Notes: generated by a model not told the origin, from the sequence alone. A DNA stretch of 62,907 nt, filler included, from Acetivibrio sp. (GCF_035371925.1; 5 parts of 5 records of this genome joined end to end with filler, not necessarily neighbours in it), one strand, 5' to 3'; positions 20,313 to 31,360 are shown, counted from the first letter of the whole stretch. Numbers and translations are program-made.

Positions 20313-20681
20313 TTATTTTCTTTTGTCGCGTTTTGCATATTCCATATTTTTCAATACAGCTTTAAGCCTGTATTGGTCTATAGGTGTCCTTATTACAGCA
20401 TCAATGCCGGTATTGCTATAATCATCAATATTTATCAAGTCGCAGGATGACAAAATACACCTTATCTCCGGAAAACGGGCTTTTATTTTTGAAGCAAGTT
20501 CGTCACCATGTGTTTCTTTCATCACACGGTTTATAATAATATAATCGGGACGCATGGCTAAAACCTTGTCAATGGCATCATATTCGTCAGCTGTAGCGGC
20601 AATATATCCTATACTGTCCAGCATGTCTTTTAGTATCAAATTTTCGAATTTGCTATCATTAACAAGAAGCACTTTCTTCAT
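20313..20681 (-). CDS. Single-domain (pseudo-)receiver protein
   Basis: CheY-like fold pattern with LLVND, PDYIIIN and IRTP in place of DD, D and KP. Confidence 0.7.
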   Translation of the reverse strand: MKKVLLVNDSKFENLILKDMLDSIGYIAATADEYDAIDKVLAMRPDYIIINRVMKETHGDELASKIKARFPEIRCILSSCDLINIDDYSNTGIDAVIRTPIDQYRLKAVLKNMEYAKRDKRK

Positions 20682-20718
20682 TTCCGCTATCTCCTGTCTT
20701 TGTGAAAATCAAGTATTT

Positions 20719-21417
20719 TCATCGCAAAAATCCTTTAGGACATACCCTGATGCAAATACCGCACACAGAGCCCCTGCCTATGTGTTTAAAGTTCTGATTC
20801 ATATAATCGCTGCACGCTTGCGCATCAACAATATGACTCCTGTCGCAGCCTTCAGTCCAGCTATTCCCCGTCAAGGCCATTGCCGGGCAGCTGTCGACGC
20901 AAATTCTGCAGTTGCCGCAGCCCTCGTGGACAGTATGCGCCGTAAAGGGCAGCTCCATATCTGTAAGTATTGTCCCCAGCCTTACTCTAGGACCGAATTT
21001 TTCGCTGATAAACAAGCCGCTTTTCCCTATCCATCCCAGACCCGCTTTTACAGCAGCGGTCTTATGCTGAAAAATGCCCGAGTATCTGTCCTCCAAGTCA
21101 TTAACCGTCTGGGAGGCGGGTACTGCCATAGCATTATACCCCATGTTCTGAATCTCTATCTGTCCCCTTAAAGTTATCTGGTCTATCAAAGTATTAACCG
21201 TCCTGTAATGATGAAAGTAAGTATAGGTCGGCTTGTCGCTTATTTGGTCAATAACAAAATCGGAAAGTCTTACCCCAACAGTTATAGCATACCTAACCTT
21301 TTTAAGGCTTTCCGGAAGGTATGCTTCAACATCTGAGCAGCCTACAAAAGATGCTCCAAGCTCTATTAATTTATTCTGAATTTTCTCAAAATTATTCATT
21401 TCCGAAAAACTCCTCAC
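20719..21417 (-). CDS. Epoxyqueuosine reductase-like 4Fe-4S protein
   Basis: HKTAAVKAGLGWIGKS, FGPRVRLGTILT, CGNCRICVDSCP, CGICIRVCP. Confidence 0.75.
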   Translation of the reverse strand: MRSFSEMNNFEKIQNKLIELGASFVGCSDVEAYLPESLKKVRYAITVGVRLSDFVIDQISDKPTYTYFHHYRTVNTLIDQITLRGQIEIQNMGYNAMAVPASQTVNDLEDRYSGIFQHKTAAVKAGLGWIGKSGLFISEKFGPRVRLGTILTDMELPFTAHTVHEGCGNCRICVDSCPAMALTGNSWTEGCDRSHIVDAQACSDYMNQNFKHIGRGSVCGICIRVCPKGFLR

Positions 21418-21645
21418 GCCATTTTTTATTTTTCATGCCTACACACATTAACATATTATAAAACATACACTACATTTCTTCCATCATATATAATAATTTA
21501 TCGGCAAATTTATGTAAATTCAAACACAGTTAAAATATGATTTGTTTTAGGGCAATATGGCACAATTCATTCATACTATGTTATAATACACTCAAAATAT
21601 GTTACTATTGATCAATAAAAAAGCCAAACTAGCTGAGCGAAAGGA

Positions 21646-22215
21646 ATGATTATTGCTATGAGTATCGGCAGCAACAAAGAACTTGCGGAAAATAAACTAA
21701 TTTTACTTTATATTATTGATAAAGTAAATATACCCATAAGTAACCTGCAAATAACAAAAATCATCCTGGAAAACAAATTTATGAATTATTTCACGCTCCA
21801 GCAGCTTCTCAATGAGCTTTGCAGCAGTAATTATTTATTGAATGAAAATGTTGATAACAAAGCATTTTACACCATTACTCCTTTGGGTAAACAGACCCTT
21901 GGCTATTTTATCAACCATATCCCCAGCGGTATAAAAAGGCTGATTGACAACAGCATAGCCAACATAAGAAGCAACATCAGAAATGAAACCTTTATATCGG
22001 CCGACTATATTCCCGGCGGTGAAAATGACTTCACCGTTTCGTGTCAGGTTAGGGAAGACAATTTTAATCTCATCGATTTAAAGATTACCGTGGGAACAAA
22101 AAACGATGCAAGAAGAATTTGCGAAAACTGGAAGAAGTATTCTCAGGAAATATATAGCGAAATTATTGAAAGCCTTATAAAAGACAGAACAGGAAGCGAT
22201 GAGCAAAACCCTTGA
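21646..22215 (+). CDS. DUF4364-like winged-helix family protein
   Basis: LAENKLILLYII, MNYFTLQQLL, YTITPLGKQTL, IC..WK...QEIY pattern. Confidence 0.7.
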   Translation: MIIAMSIGSNKELAENKLILLYIIDKVNIPISNLQITKIILENKFMNYFTLQQLLNELCSSNYLLNENVDNKAFYTITPLGKQTLGYFINHIPSGIKRLIDNSIANIRSNIRNETFISADYIPGGENDFTVSCQVREDNFNLIDLKITVGTKNDARRICENWKKYSQEIYSEIIESLIKDRTGSDEQNP

Positions 22216-22220
22216 TTTTA

Positions 22221-22285
22221 TTTTGCCTCTTGGAGTAGAACGAAAGAGGCAAAAGCAAAGGGACAAGATGTCCCGAGCTTTTATT
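22221..22285 (+). repeat. Palindromic 65-nt dispersed repeat, copy B, followed by a GAGCCCTTTACGGGGCTC hairpin
   Basis: Two hairpins (TTTTGCCTCT/AGAGGCAAAA and GGGAC/GTCCC); 58/65 identity to the reverse complement of 12866-12930. Confidence 0.8.
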
Positions 22286-22351
22286 GGAATACTGAGCCCT
22301 TTACGGGGCTCTTCAAACATCACTTTTTTACTTAAAAGAGATACAAGAAAA

Positions 22352-22642
22352 CTACGGAAGTTCTATAACCTTGTTTTCCTTTGACTCCTTGTACAAAACA
22401 AATTTATTTCCTATAACTTGGACTACTTCAGCTCCTACAAGACTTGCCGCCTCATGGCATACTTCTTTTGTATCAACCATAGCGTTTTTAAGCACTGCAA
22501 CTTTTATAAGCTCTCTCGCTTCTAAAGCCTCGTTAAACTGCTTTATCATATTGTCATTTATTCCACCCTTGCCAATCTGAAAAATCGGTTCGATGTTGTT
22601 TGCCAAACTTCTTAAATAACTTCTTTGTTTACCTGTAAGCAT
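22352..22642 (-). CDS. yhbY: Ribosome assembly RNA-binding protein YhbY
   Basis: MLTGKQRSYLRSLA, FQIGKGG, ELIKVAVL, QVIGNKFVLY (CRM domain). Confidence 0.92.
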   Translation of the reverse strand: MLTGKQRSYLRSLANNIEPIFQIGKGGINDNMIKQFNEALEARELIKVAVLKNAMVDTKEVCHEAASLVGAEVVQVIGNKFVLYKESKENKVIELP

Positions 22643-22743
22643 ATACCCTCTCCTTGTTGATTATCTCCATTTATAATTAGATTGTAATATTTACAAACCA
22701 AATCAAAATAATGGGGATAGCTGACTCTATCCCCATTCATGTC

Positions 22744-22935
22744 TTAGTATGCCTCAACTTCCTTCCGGCTTTTTCTCCTTTGAACCTCATATCTCGGATG
22801 CCCCTTTTTCCATCCAGCCCTGGTCTTCTCAATAACTTGGGATGTTGCTTCCTCGTTTAGCACAAAGTCATCCTTCATAAGGCAATAATATGCCGCACTG
22901 CCGGTTTTACAGTTTCCACAATTAAAACATTCCAT
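22744..22935 (-). CDS. 63-aa Cys-rich hypothetical protein
   Basis: CFNCGNC...YYC with a basic tail; GGAGG upstream; terminator hairpin at about 22711-22738. Confidence 0.6.
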   Translation of the reverse strand: MECFNCGNCKTGSAAYYCLMKDDFVLNEEATSQVIEKTRAGWKKGHPRYEVQRRKSRKEVEAY

Positions 22936-23077
22936 AAAGCTTACTAATGCCCCTCCGTTTTATAATGCTTATATTTAATTTGATATATATATTTTACAAC
23001 ATATAGTGCATATCTGTCCAGCAAATCTTTTTGTATACATTGTTAAGACAAACAATTACAGGATATTAAAATAAATT

Positions 23078-24358
<1,281 letters not shown>

Positions 24359-24461
24359 TCAACTCCATAGCCCATACTGTAATACAGAATCTTTCTACTT
24401 ATTAGTATTACACAAATATAAAAATTAAATCCCGGTAAAACCGGGATTTATAATTTAATCT

Positions 24462-24740
24462 TTATGCTGGAACAATACTTACTTGTTTTCTGTCTTTACC
24501 CAATCTTGAGAACTTCACTCTTCCGTCTACCAAAGCAAAGAGTGTGTCGTCCTTCCCGATTCCAACATTCGCACCGGGATGTATTTTTGTACCTCTCTGT
24601 CTAACCAAAATGTTCCCGGCCGTAACAAACTGCCCATCGGCTCTTTTTACACCAAGTCTTTTAGATTCACTATCACGACCGTTTCTTGTACTACCCACTC
24701 CTTTTTTGTGGGCGAACAATTGCAAATTAGCCTTTATCAT
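24462..24740 (-). CDS. rpmA: 50S ribosomal protein L27 with N-terminal Prp-cleaved extension
   Basis: [24 protein letters not shown]; terminator TAAATCCCGG/CCGGGATTTA at about 24426-24450. Confidence 0.98.
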   Translation of the reverse strand: MIKANLQLFAHKKGVGSTRNGRDSESKRLGVKRADGQFVTAGNILVRQRGTKIHPGANVGIGKDDTLFALVDGRVKFSRLGKDRKQVSIVPA

Positions 24741-25074
24741 CGGTCAACACCTCCTTATCCAAAACCGATACATACTTTGCATATCCAAGTTCAACTTGTT
24801 TTAAACCTATTACCACAGTCTCAAGGATAGTTTTAACAAGCTCTTTCTTTTCCTCCGGTATATCCTTTGGAACAGTACATCTCATATATCCGTCCTTTTC
24901 GGTATACCCTTCTATTCCGGCAAGCTCCTCTAAAGCACCTGCCGCCGTATATGCCAGAGCCGACACAGCCGCACATACTATATCTCTTCCGTGCCTGCTG
25001 TAGCGCGCATGCCCCCTAACTTTAATTTCGCGTATGAAACGCTCACTATCCCTGATTACTTCAACTTTAATCAT
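24727..25074 (-). CDS. prp: Ribosomal-processing cysteine protease Prp
   Basis: VRGHA...DIVCAAVS; located between rplU and rpmA. Confidence 0.93.
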   Translation of the reverse strand: MIKVEVIRDSERFIREIKVRGHARYSRHGRDIVCAAVSALAYTAAGALEELAGIEGYTEKDGYMRCTVPKDIPEEKKELVKTILETVVIGLKQVELGYAKYVSVLDKEVLTDDKG

Positions 25075-25085
25075 TGAATATTACC

Positions 25086-25397
25086 TTATGCATTTATCTT
25101 TTCAATCTGTATTTTCGTATAAGGCTGCCTATGTCCTTGTTTTCTTCTATAACCTTTCTTAGGCTTATACTTGAAAACAATAATCTTTTTATCCTTGCCG
25201 TGGCTCAATACTTTTGCAGTAACTGACGCATTGCTTACGAACGGAGCACCAAAGCTCACTTTGTCCTCTTTTGATACAGCTACAACTTTGTCAAAAGTAA
25301 CTGTAGCGCCTTCTTCATTCGCAAGCTTTTCAACAAAAACCACGTCACCTTCCTGGACCTTGTACTGTTTTCCGCCTGTCTCAATTATAGCGTACAT
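25086..25397 (-). CDS. rplU: 50S ribosomal protein L21
   Basis: [14 protein letters not shown]...[19 protein letters not shown]. Confidence 0.98.
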   Translation of the reverse strand: MYAIIETGGKQYKVQEGDVVFVEKLANEEGATVTFDKVVAVSKEDKVSFGAPFVSNASVTAKVLSHGKDKKIIVFKYKPKKGYRRKQGHRQPYTKIQIEKINA

Positions 25398-25413
25398 ATA
25401 AAACACCTCCCTA

Positions 25414-25492
25414 CCCAGTCTCGCCGGCAAAAGGTAGCAGCAATAAAGTAAATTATTGCTTGCATTTACTAAACCTGCACCGAGCGGCTACC
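25414..25492 (-). ncRNA. L21 leader-like cis-regulatory RNA
   Basis: TAGCCGCTCGGTGCAGGT...ACCTTTTGCCGGCGAGACT directly upstream of the rplU RBS. Confidence 0.6.
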
Positions 25493-25554
25493 GAAATATT
25501 TTATCACACAAGTGTATCTATGTCAACTTCTTTTATCTTCATATCCTCATGTTT

Positions 25555-25654
25555 NNNNNNNNNNNNNNNNNNNNNNNNNNNNNNNNNNNNNNNNNNNNTT
25601 AATTAATTAANNNNNNNNNNNNNNNNNNNNNNNNNNNNNNNNNNNNNNNNNNNN
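25555..25654. other. Artificial contig linker
   Basis: N run with central TTAATTAATTAA. Confidence 0.98.
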
Positions 25655-25823
25655 ATTTGAGTCACTTCTTTTTTATCATGTTTGGGCAATTAATTTTACA
25701 ACTTACCAACTTTTATTAGAATTTTTATTAAATAAACAAATATTTTTTTCATTTTACCTAAAAAATAAAACAACTAAGAATTCACTTTTTGTGATATACT
25801 TATATAGAAGGAGATGATTTAAA

Positions 25824-26036
25824 TTGGCACAATTTTGTACTTGCGGTTCATTGATTATCAATGACAGTTGCACTAACAAAAATTGCAGTAACAGAGTGGC
25901 GAGCAAGCTTTCAGCTTCGGCTAAAAAAACTGCTAAAACGCCTAAAGACGATGCACCTGCTAAAAGCACTCGTACAAGAAAGGCGTCAAAATGTATTACT
26001 TACAACCTATATGATAAAAAAGCAGAAGAGAGTTAA
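25824..26036 (+). CDS. 70-aa Zn-ribbon-like basic hypothetical protein
   Basis: FCTCGS...CTNKNC; AAGGAG RBS; stop inside the palindrome AGAAGAGAGTTAATTAACTCTCTTCT. Confidence 0.6.
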   Translation: MAQFCTCGSLIINDSCTNKNCSNRVASKLSASAKKTAKTPKDDAPAKSTRTRKASKCITYNLYDKKAEES

Positions 26037-26099
26037 TTAACTCTCTTCTTTAATTAGGTCGTTTATTGAGTCTTTCATTAATTCCTTCACTAAAATATA

Positions 26100-27767
26100 T
26101 TATGCAACAGGGTCATATCCAATCACAGTCCATATTCCTGTGCTGTCCTGTCTTATCAGCTTTTTTAAATAAACTCTGCGTACAGGTGTGGCATTCCCGC
26201 TTATCTCCACTATTGCATCTATGCCGTTGTTCTTAATAACCTTCATATCCTCGTAATTTACAGGGTAATCTCCCTCTATCCCTTCGGGAGAAATCTTCAG
26301 GCTGACAAATACTTGGGCAACATAAACGGGGTCCAGTTTCCACGGTGAATGTCCTGCATCAACGCTTTTTTGCTCATTTTCCTCAACTCCCAAATCAACG
26401 GGAATTTTAATCTGAGGTTTCTCCGTTGTTTCTTCTCCCGATGGTATCTCGACAGGACCTTTTTCTATACTCTCAATGAATAAAACCAACTCATCCATTG
26501 GAGCATCTCCTATTACTGCATACTCAAATCCGGATTCCTGCCAGCGGATTGAGCAAATATCAGCCATTCCCGAATACAGTATACCCCCATCAAGTACTCC
26601 AAGGCTTTGCTGCACAGGGGATTGAATTTCTGCAGTATTGTTACCCACCTTACCCAAAACCGCCGTTGAGGCAGGTTTAAACTCATCCGTTGCTTTTTCT
26701 TGCAAAATAATCACCCTGCTTTTCTTATTTTCTGATACATAACTTAACTTAGTGGCTTTCATGCCCTTTGCAACTGCTATGCTGTCTTTTGCGTATCCAT
26801 CGGGAACATTCTCGGGCACTTTGGGGGTGAATCCGGCTATTTTGCCTGCTTCTTCAATATTATTTACCAGCAGCTCGGGGTTATTATCTATTTCCTCAAA
26901 GCCCTCAGGCAAGTCGTAAGCAAGAATCTCCCCGGGTATGTTGTCGCTAAATTCGATGCTAGTGTAAGTTATCCGATATTGGATTGCATTTGTCATTGCT
27001 CTCTGCCTTTGCAGCGGCAGCTTGGTCTCTTTATCAATCCATATTCTATAGGCTTCTCCTCCTTTGGGCAGTATCTCAAATACAGAAGCCCTCCTTCCGG
27101 CAACCGTATCCTCTCCCACAGGTTTGATTTTTGCGGCATCCTTTACATCGTTTATTTCATTGCCCAGCTCCAAAGTAAACCTGTACGGATCAGGAAAGGC
27201 GGAAAAGACATATACCTTTTTTTCATTGGGGCAAACCTGCCACTTCTTATCTCCGTTGTTTACGGTTACCACACCTTTTTGAAAGCCTTCGAGCTCCTTT
27301 ACAAAGTAGCGTCCTTCATTGTCTGACCAAACCTCCCGCATTGCCTGCAAAGTCTCTTCCCCTTTTAAATTGGTTTCAACAATGCTGAGAATTCCGTGAT
27401 ATGCCCCTACTTCTTTATATGCCTGTTCCATGGCGTATACAATGTCGGTCCTGCCGGGGTACAGTACAAAATTCAGCATAAGAACCAAGACAGCTACCGC
27501 AGCAATGGCCGCAGTTCCAGCCAGCCATGCCCATTTTCTTTCACCTGTAGCGGATTTTTGCCGTAATTGCCCTCCCGCCGCACGGGCAAGTTTCTTTGGG
27601 TAGTCTGCATCGGGAAGAGCAGGTTCCCTTAAACTTCGAACCTTCCTTACCGTATCCATAAGCTCCTCCAGCTCCGGTGAATCCATCGGATTATCGTGCT
27701 CCTTTGGCTTTTTTTCGGCATTTAATTTATCAATATATTCGGATAATTTCTTTTCATTGTTATCCAT
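26100..27767 (-). CDS. Putative anti-sigma factor: cytoplasmic N-terminus, one TM helix, extracellular LolA-like region
   Basis: Directly downstream of the ECF sigma gene; TM AWLAGTAAIAAVAVLVLMLNF; LolA-like EDTVAGRRASVFEI...IWIDKETKLPL. Confidence 0.65.
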   Translation of the reverse strand: MDNNEKKLSEYIDKLNAEKKPKEHDNPMDSPELEELMDTVRKVRSLREPALPDADYPKKLARAAGGQLRQKSATGERKWAWLAGTAAIAAVAVLVLMLNFVLYPGRTDIVYAMEQAYKEVGAYHGILSIVETNLKGEETLQAMREVWSDNEGRYFVKELEGFQKGVVTVNNGDKKWQVCPNEKKVYVFSAFPDPYRFTLELGNEINDVKDAAKIKPVGEDTVAGRRASVFEILPKGGEAYRIWIDKETKLPLQRQRAMTNAIQYRITYTSIEFSDNIPGEILAYDLPEGFEEIDNNPELLVNNIEEAGKIAGFTPKVPENVPDGYAKDSIAVAKGMKATKLSYVSENKKSRVIILQEKATDEFKPASTAVLGKVGNNTAEIQSPVQQSLGVLDGGILYSGMADICSIRWQESGFEYAVIGDAPMDELVLFIESIEKGPVEIPSGEETTEKPQIKIPVDLGVEENEQKSVDAGHSPWKLDPVYVAQVFVSLKISPEGIEGDYPVNYEDMKVIKNNGIDAIVEISGNATPVRRVYLKKLIRQDSTGIWTVIGYDPVA

Positions 27768-27787
27768 AAAATTATACCTCCTTCAAA

Positions 27788-28321
27788 TTAATCATCACTC
27801 TTAAGTATTGAAGCAAGGGTTTGCAATGCTCTGTACTGGAGTACACGAATAGTGGATTCTTTCTTTTTCATCATTCTTGCGGTCTCTTTTACCGAATAGC
27901 CCTTAAGTATCCTTAGCTCAATCACCATACGCTGCTCCTTGTTAAGGCTATCCAATGCTTTTCGTATCAATTCGCGTTGGGCACTTGTCTCTGCCGCATC
28001 CTCAACCGCAGTTTCTTCGGGCTTTATCGTCTCGATATCTACGCTTACACCCCGGCGTTTTTTCTTACGCCATTTATCCCTCAGAATATTTAGCGCAACG
28101 GTTTTTAAAAATCCGGTGTATTGTTCTATTTTTACGCTGTTGTCCTTAAAATGGGAAAGTGCCTTGGCATAGGTCTCCTGAGTCATGTCTTCCGCTTCCT
28201 GACGGTTTTGAACTTTATAATATATAAAGCGGTATACTGCTTCCCATGTTGAAGAACATATCTCTTCAATTGACTTTAAGTCACCGTCCTGCGCTTTTTT
28301 AAATGTTTCCTCCTTCAGCAT
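27788..28321 (-). CDS. ECF RNA polymerase sigma factor
   Basis: AEDMTQETY, TVALNILRDKWRK, region 4 GYSVKETARMM...IRVLQYRAL. Confidence 0.9.
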   Translation of the reverse strand: MLKEETFKKAQDGDLKSIEEICSSTWEAVYRFIYYKVQNRQEAEDMTQETYAKALSHFKDNSVKIEQYTGFLKTVALNILRDKWRKKKRRGVSVDIETIKPEETAVEDAAETSAQRELIRKALDSLNKEQRMVIELRILKGYSVKETARMMKKKESTIRVLQYRALQTLASILKSDD

Positions 28322-28365
28322 ACTTCTTTGCTCCTTTTCCCTGGCCAGTTATATACACACTAATA

Positions 28366-28394
28366 ATAACGTTTTGGAGGTCACTAATGTTACA
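28366..28394 (-). promoter_or_regulatory. Candidate autoregulatory ECF promoter TGTAAC-N17-CGTTAT
   Basis: ECF-type AAC/CGT motif about 45 nt upstream of the sigma gene. Confidence 0.5.
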
Positions 28395-28694
28395 TTTAGT
28401 TATTGACATTTTTTATTGGGTAAATGAAGAATATTTTTTCCAACCGGAAGGATAATTTATGTGTATATTTATATGTGGTTCAATTTCCCGTTTCACGTAC
28501 AACCATAATCGGTAACTAACATTATAGTATAAAATAACAAATATGTAATATAGTTTTACAAAAACGCCAAAATGTCCCTTTGCTAATTTGCTCGGCTTTC
28601 AAGTCTTGACCCAAAAAAACTTTTACACAATAGCAAAATCCCCAAAAGCCTTTATATCAAGCTCTTGGGGATTCTATTCAAAACAGCTTAAAAA

Positions 28695-29204
28695 TCATCC
28701 CTTCTGGTAAAAACTCAAAACATAAACTTTATTGCCGCACCGGAAGAAAAACTGTTCCCAAGCAAATTCATCAATCCATGCAGGTTCAGTAACCAACTTG
28801 TATACTTCCAAATTTTCACCCTCAAAAAATTCTTCCAGCAGGTTCAACAATCCATTAAAAACCCGATTGCTCTCTCTATGCTTTTGTGCAGGCATTGGAT
28901 TGCCATCTTCATCTTGGATGGATACCTCAAAATTGCGCATGCTGAATATATTAAAAAACCAATGGCTGCACGTCTCAAACAATTCACTTTTCCAATCATC
29001 CAGCTCTTTTAAAACGTCAATTTTCGTCCCATGTTTGCTAACCGGACTTTCATTAAAAAATCTCTCTGCACATTCCTCCAGACTATTTACATTATCGTAC
29101 TCAATAAAATTGTATGTATGAGAGTAGAGAACTCCATAGAAGCTTATAATATTCGTAAGCCCCTCCAAATAGCCCAGAATCCTGTTGTACACCTCAACTT
29201 TCAT
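28695..29204 (-). CDS. Hypothetical acidic protein (169 aa)
   Basis: GGGGGA RBS, own terminator hairpin at about 28637-28673; no family recognised. Confidence 0.6.
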   Translation of the reverse strand: MKVEVYNRILGYLEGLTNIISFYGVLYSHTYNFIEYDNVNSLEECAERFFNESPVSKHGTKIDVLKELDDWKSELFETCSHWFFNIFSMRNFEVSIQDEDGNPMPAQKHRESNRVFNGLLNLLEEFFEGENLEVYKLVTEPAWIDEFAWEQFFFRCGNKVYVLSFYQKG

Positions 29205-29395
29205 AACTCATATCCCCCTATAAAATTATATGATTGATTTTAGTGACTGCTTTAATGAAAATCAATCCGTCATATTATCTATATTTTTTCACTATTAGTT
29301 TACTACCGGGAGCCAAAACAGTCAAGTTATAACAATTAATATTAAATTCCTGTTATGTCATATATAAAGCAGCAAAGAAAGCCGGAAATCATCGT

Positions 29396-29433
29396 AAAAG
29401 CTCCGAAGCCTTTATTAAAGCCTCGGAGCTTTT
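29396..29433 (-). terminator. Terminator of the xylanase gene
   Basis: AAAAGCTCCGA...TCGGAGCTTTT 11-bp stem. Confidence 0.7.
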
Positions 29434-29476
29434 AATATCTTTGAGCTCTCTAAAAACTCATATCATCCGATATAAA

Positions 29477-31360
29477 TTACTTAGCCTCTACCGGGAAAAC
29501 ACTAATCTCCCTGATAATATATTTCTTTATCAGCATCAAATCTGTTGAGGTTATTTTGCCGTCACCGCTAACATCTGCTGCTTTTTCCCCGTTCTGCGTC
29601 GGGAAATCGGAATACACCTTTAATATATATCTCTTCAAATATGTATAATCTGAGGAATTCACAGAACCGTCACCATTCACATCACCATATTTAATCTGTG
29701 GCGGTATAGGTGTCGGAAGCGGTGGAACATCTTCAACGATTGCATAGAAAGCAGGCTTTGCCTTGTATTGTGCATCAAACAACAACGGATATCCTCCGAG
29801 CCAGCTTGTTGCGTCTGTCACACCCCAGAATACTAATGCTGTAATGTTCATGCCTTCTTTCTTCAAATCGATTAATTTCGATACAAGTTGCTTATAACGA
29901 GCAGCTTGACGCTCTAAAGCATATTGGGTGTTATCCGGATTTTTAATATCAAGCTCGGTAAGTTGAATTTCCAATCCCAACTCAGCATATCTTCTTATTG
30001 ATTTTTCAAACATACTCATGCTTGGATAATCCATAACCCAGTGGGATTGCATTCCCATACCGTCAACCAAACCTTTGGCTTTGAGCTCGGTAAGGATTTC
30101 AATGATAAAATCGCATTTTCTGTCTTCATATTCATTATAGTCGTTGTAGAAGAGTTTACAACCTTTTGGAGCATATTTTCTTGCATACTCAAAAGACTTA
30201 ACAATAAAATCTCTTCCAACTGTTTGCATCCACAATGAATTTCCCGGTGTCCTGTTGTTCGAACCCGGATTTCTCATTCCTGTTGAAGTATTGGGGTCAA
30301 CTGCCTCATTCACAACGTCCCATGCATAAAACTCAACAGTCGGATATTCGGTCGCCAAAGCTTCCATTACGTTCTTTATGTAGTTTTCCAATCTTTGAAG
30401 CATAACTTCCTTGGATGCCCATGGAGCGTTTTCATTTTGTGAGTAGTTTTCTCTAAAGAACCAGTCCGGTGTCTGGCTATGCCATACAAGGGTATGTCCT
30501 CTTACAGGAATGTTATGCTCTTTCGCAAACTCCAAGAGAGGCCTTGCAGACCTTAAAGTTATCTGAGGATTAACCTGGTCTCCCCCGTTTTCCTCCATAT
30601 AAGCAATTGTAGCCTCGTAGTCAAGCACACTTTCCGGTTTTAACTCATTACCGAAAGTCAAGCTGTTATAATGCTTCAAGAAAAGCTCTTTTGCCGGCTT
30701 TGGAGCCAATTCCGCTGCTGTTGCGGCTCCACCCACTTTAAAGTAACCGGCAAAGACATCCTTCAAGCTTGGGATATCTTTCTCAATTTCAGGCAAATTT
30801 GCAGGTGTTGCTGTAAAATCGTCAATATAGAAATCCATCAAGTCTTGCTGACTTGGAGAATTCTTGAATTCGGTTTCCACATATATTTTTACGTCCTTTG
30901 CATGAGAAGGAACTGTAAGCTGTCCCTCCAACAAAGTCCATGCTCCTTTATAAACTGTAGCAGTCTTTACATTCTGGTATACGTCTCCTGCTCCGTCGTT
31001 ATATTGAAGCTGCAGACTGAACTTTTGCTCGTTTGAATATGAATTGCCCACAAATTTTACATATACACTGATCTTATAGCTTTCACCCAATGATAAAACA
31101 TCGGATTTGTCAACCATCGGACCGTTCCAGGTACTGGTGCGGTCGCTAACCTTTAGACTGTATTTTCCCGAGTAAGCTTCTTCTGTTGTAAGTTCAACAG
31201 TTTCCGGTCCTCTTGGGCCCCACCCGTTCAGACCTGTTTCAAAATCATCATAAATAAGATTGGCCGCGGATACTTTTGGCGATGACAAAAAGCTTCCGCA
31301 GACGCTGACAGCCAATATGGCAAAGACTGTCAAAAGAGTAACCAGCTTTCTCTTCAACAT
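29477..31360 (-). CDS. xynC: Cellulosomal endo-1,4-beta-xylanase CBM22-GH10-dockerin (XynC ortholog)
   Basis: Signal peptide, CBM22, GH10 motifs RGHTLVWHSQ, WDVVNE and ITELD-like LTELD, dockerin; closely resembles A. thermocellum XynC as I recall it. Confidence 0.9.
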   Translation of the reverse strand: MLKRKLVTLLTVFAILAVSVCGSFLSSPKVSAANLIYDDFETGLNGWGPRGPETVELTTEEAYSGKYSLKVSDRTSTWNGPMVDKSDVLSLGESYKISVYVKFVGNSYSNEQKFSLQLQYNDGAGDVYQNVKTATVYKGAWTLLEGQLTVPSHAKDVKIYVETEFKNSPSQQDLMDFYIDDFTATPANLPEIEKDIPSLKDVFAGYFKVGGAATAAELAPKPAKELFLKHYNSLTFGNELKPESVLDYEATIAYMEENGGDQVNPQITLRSARPLLEFAKEHNIPVRGHTLVWHSQTPDWFFRENYSQNENAPWASKEVMLQRLENYIKNVMEALATEYPTVEFYAWDVVNEAVDPNTSTGMRNPGSNNRTPGNSLWMQTVGRDFIVKSFEYARKYAPKGCKLFYNDYNEYEDRKCDFIIEILTELKAKGLVDGMGMQSHWVMDYPSMSMFEKSIRRYAELGLEIQLTELDIKNPDNTQYALERQAARYKQLVSKLIDLKKEGMNITALVFWGVTDATSWLGGYPLLFDAQYKAKPAFYAIVEDVPPLPTPIPPQIKYGDVNGDGSVNSSDYTYLKRYILKVYSDFPTQNGEKAADVSGDGKITSTDLMLIKKYIIREISVFPVEAK

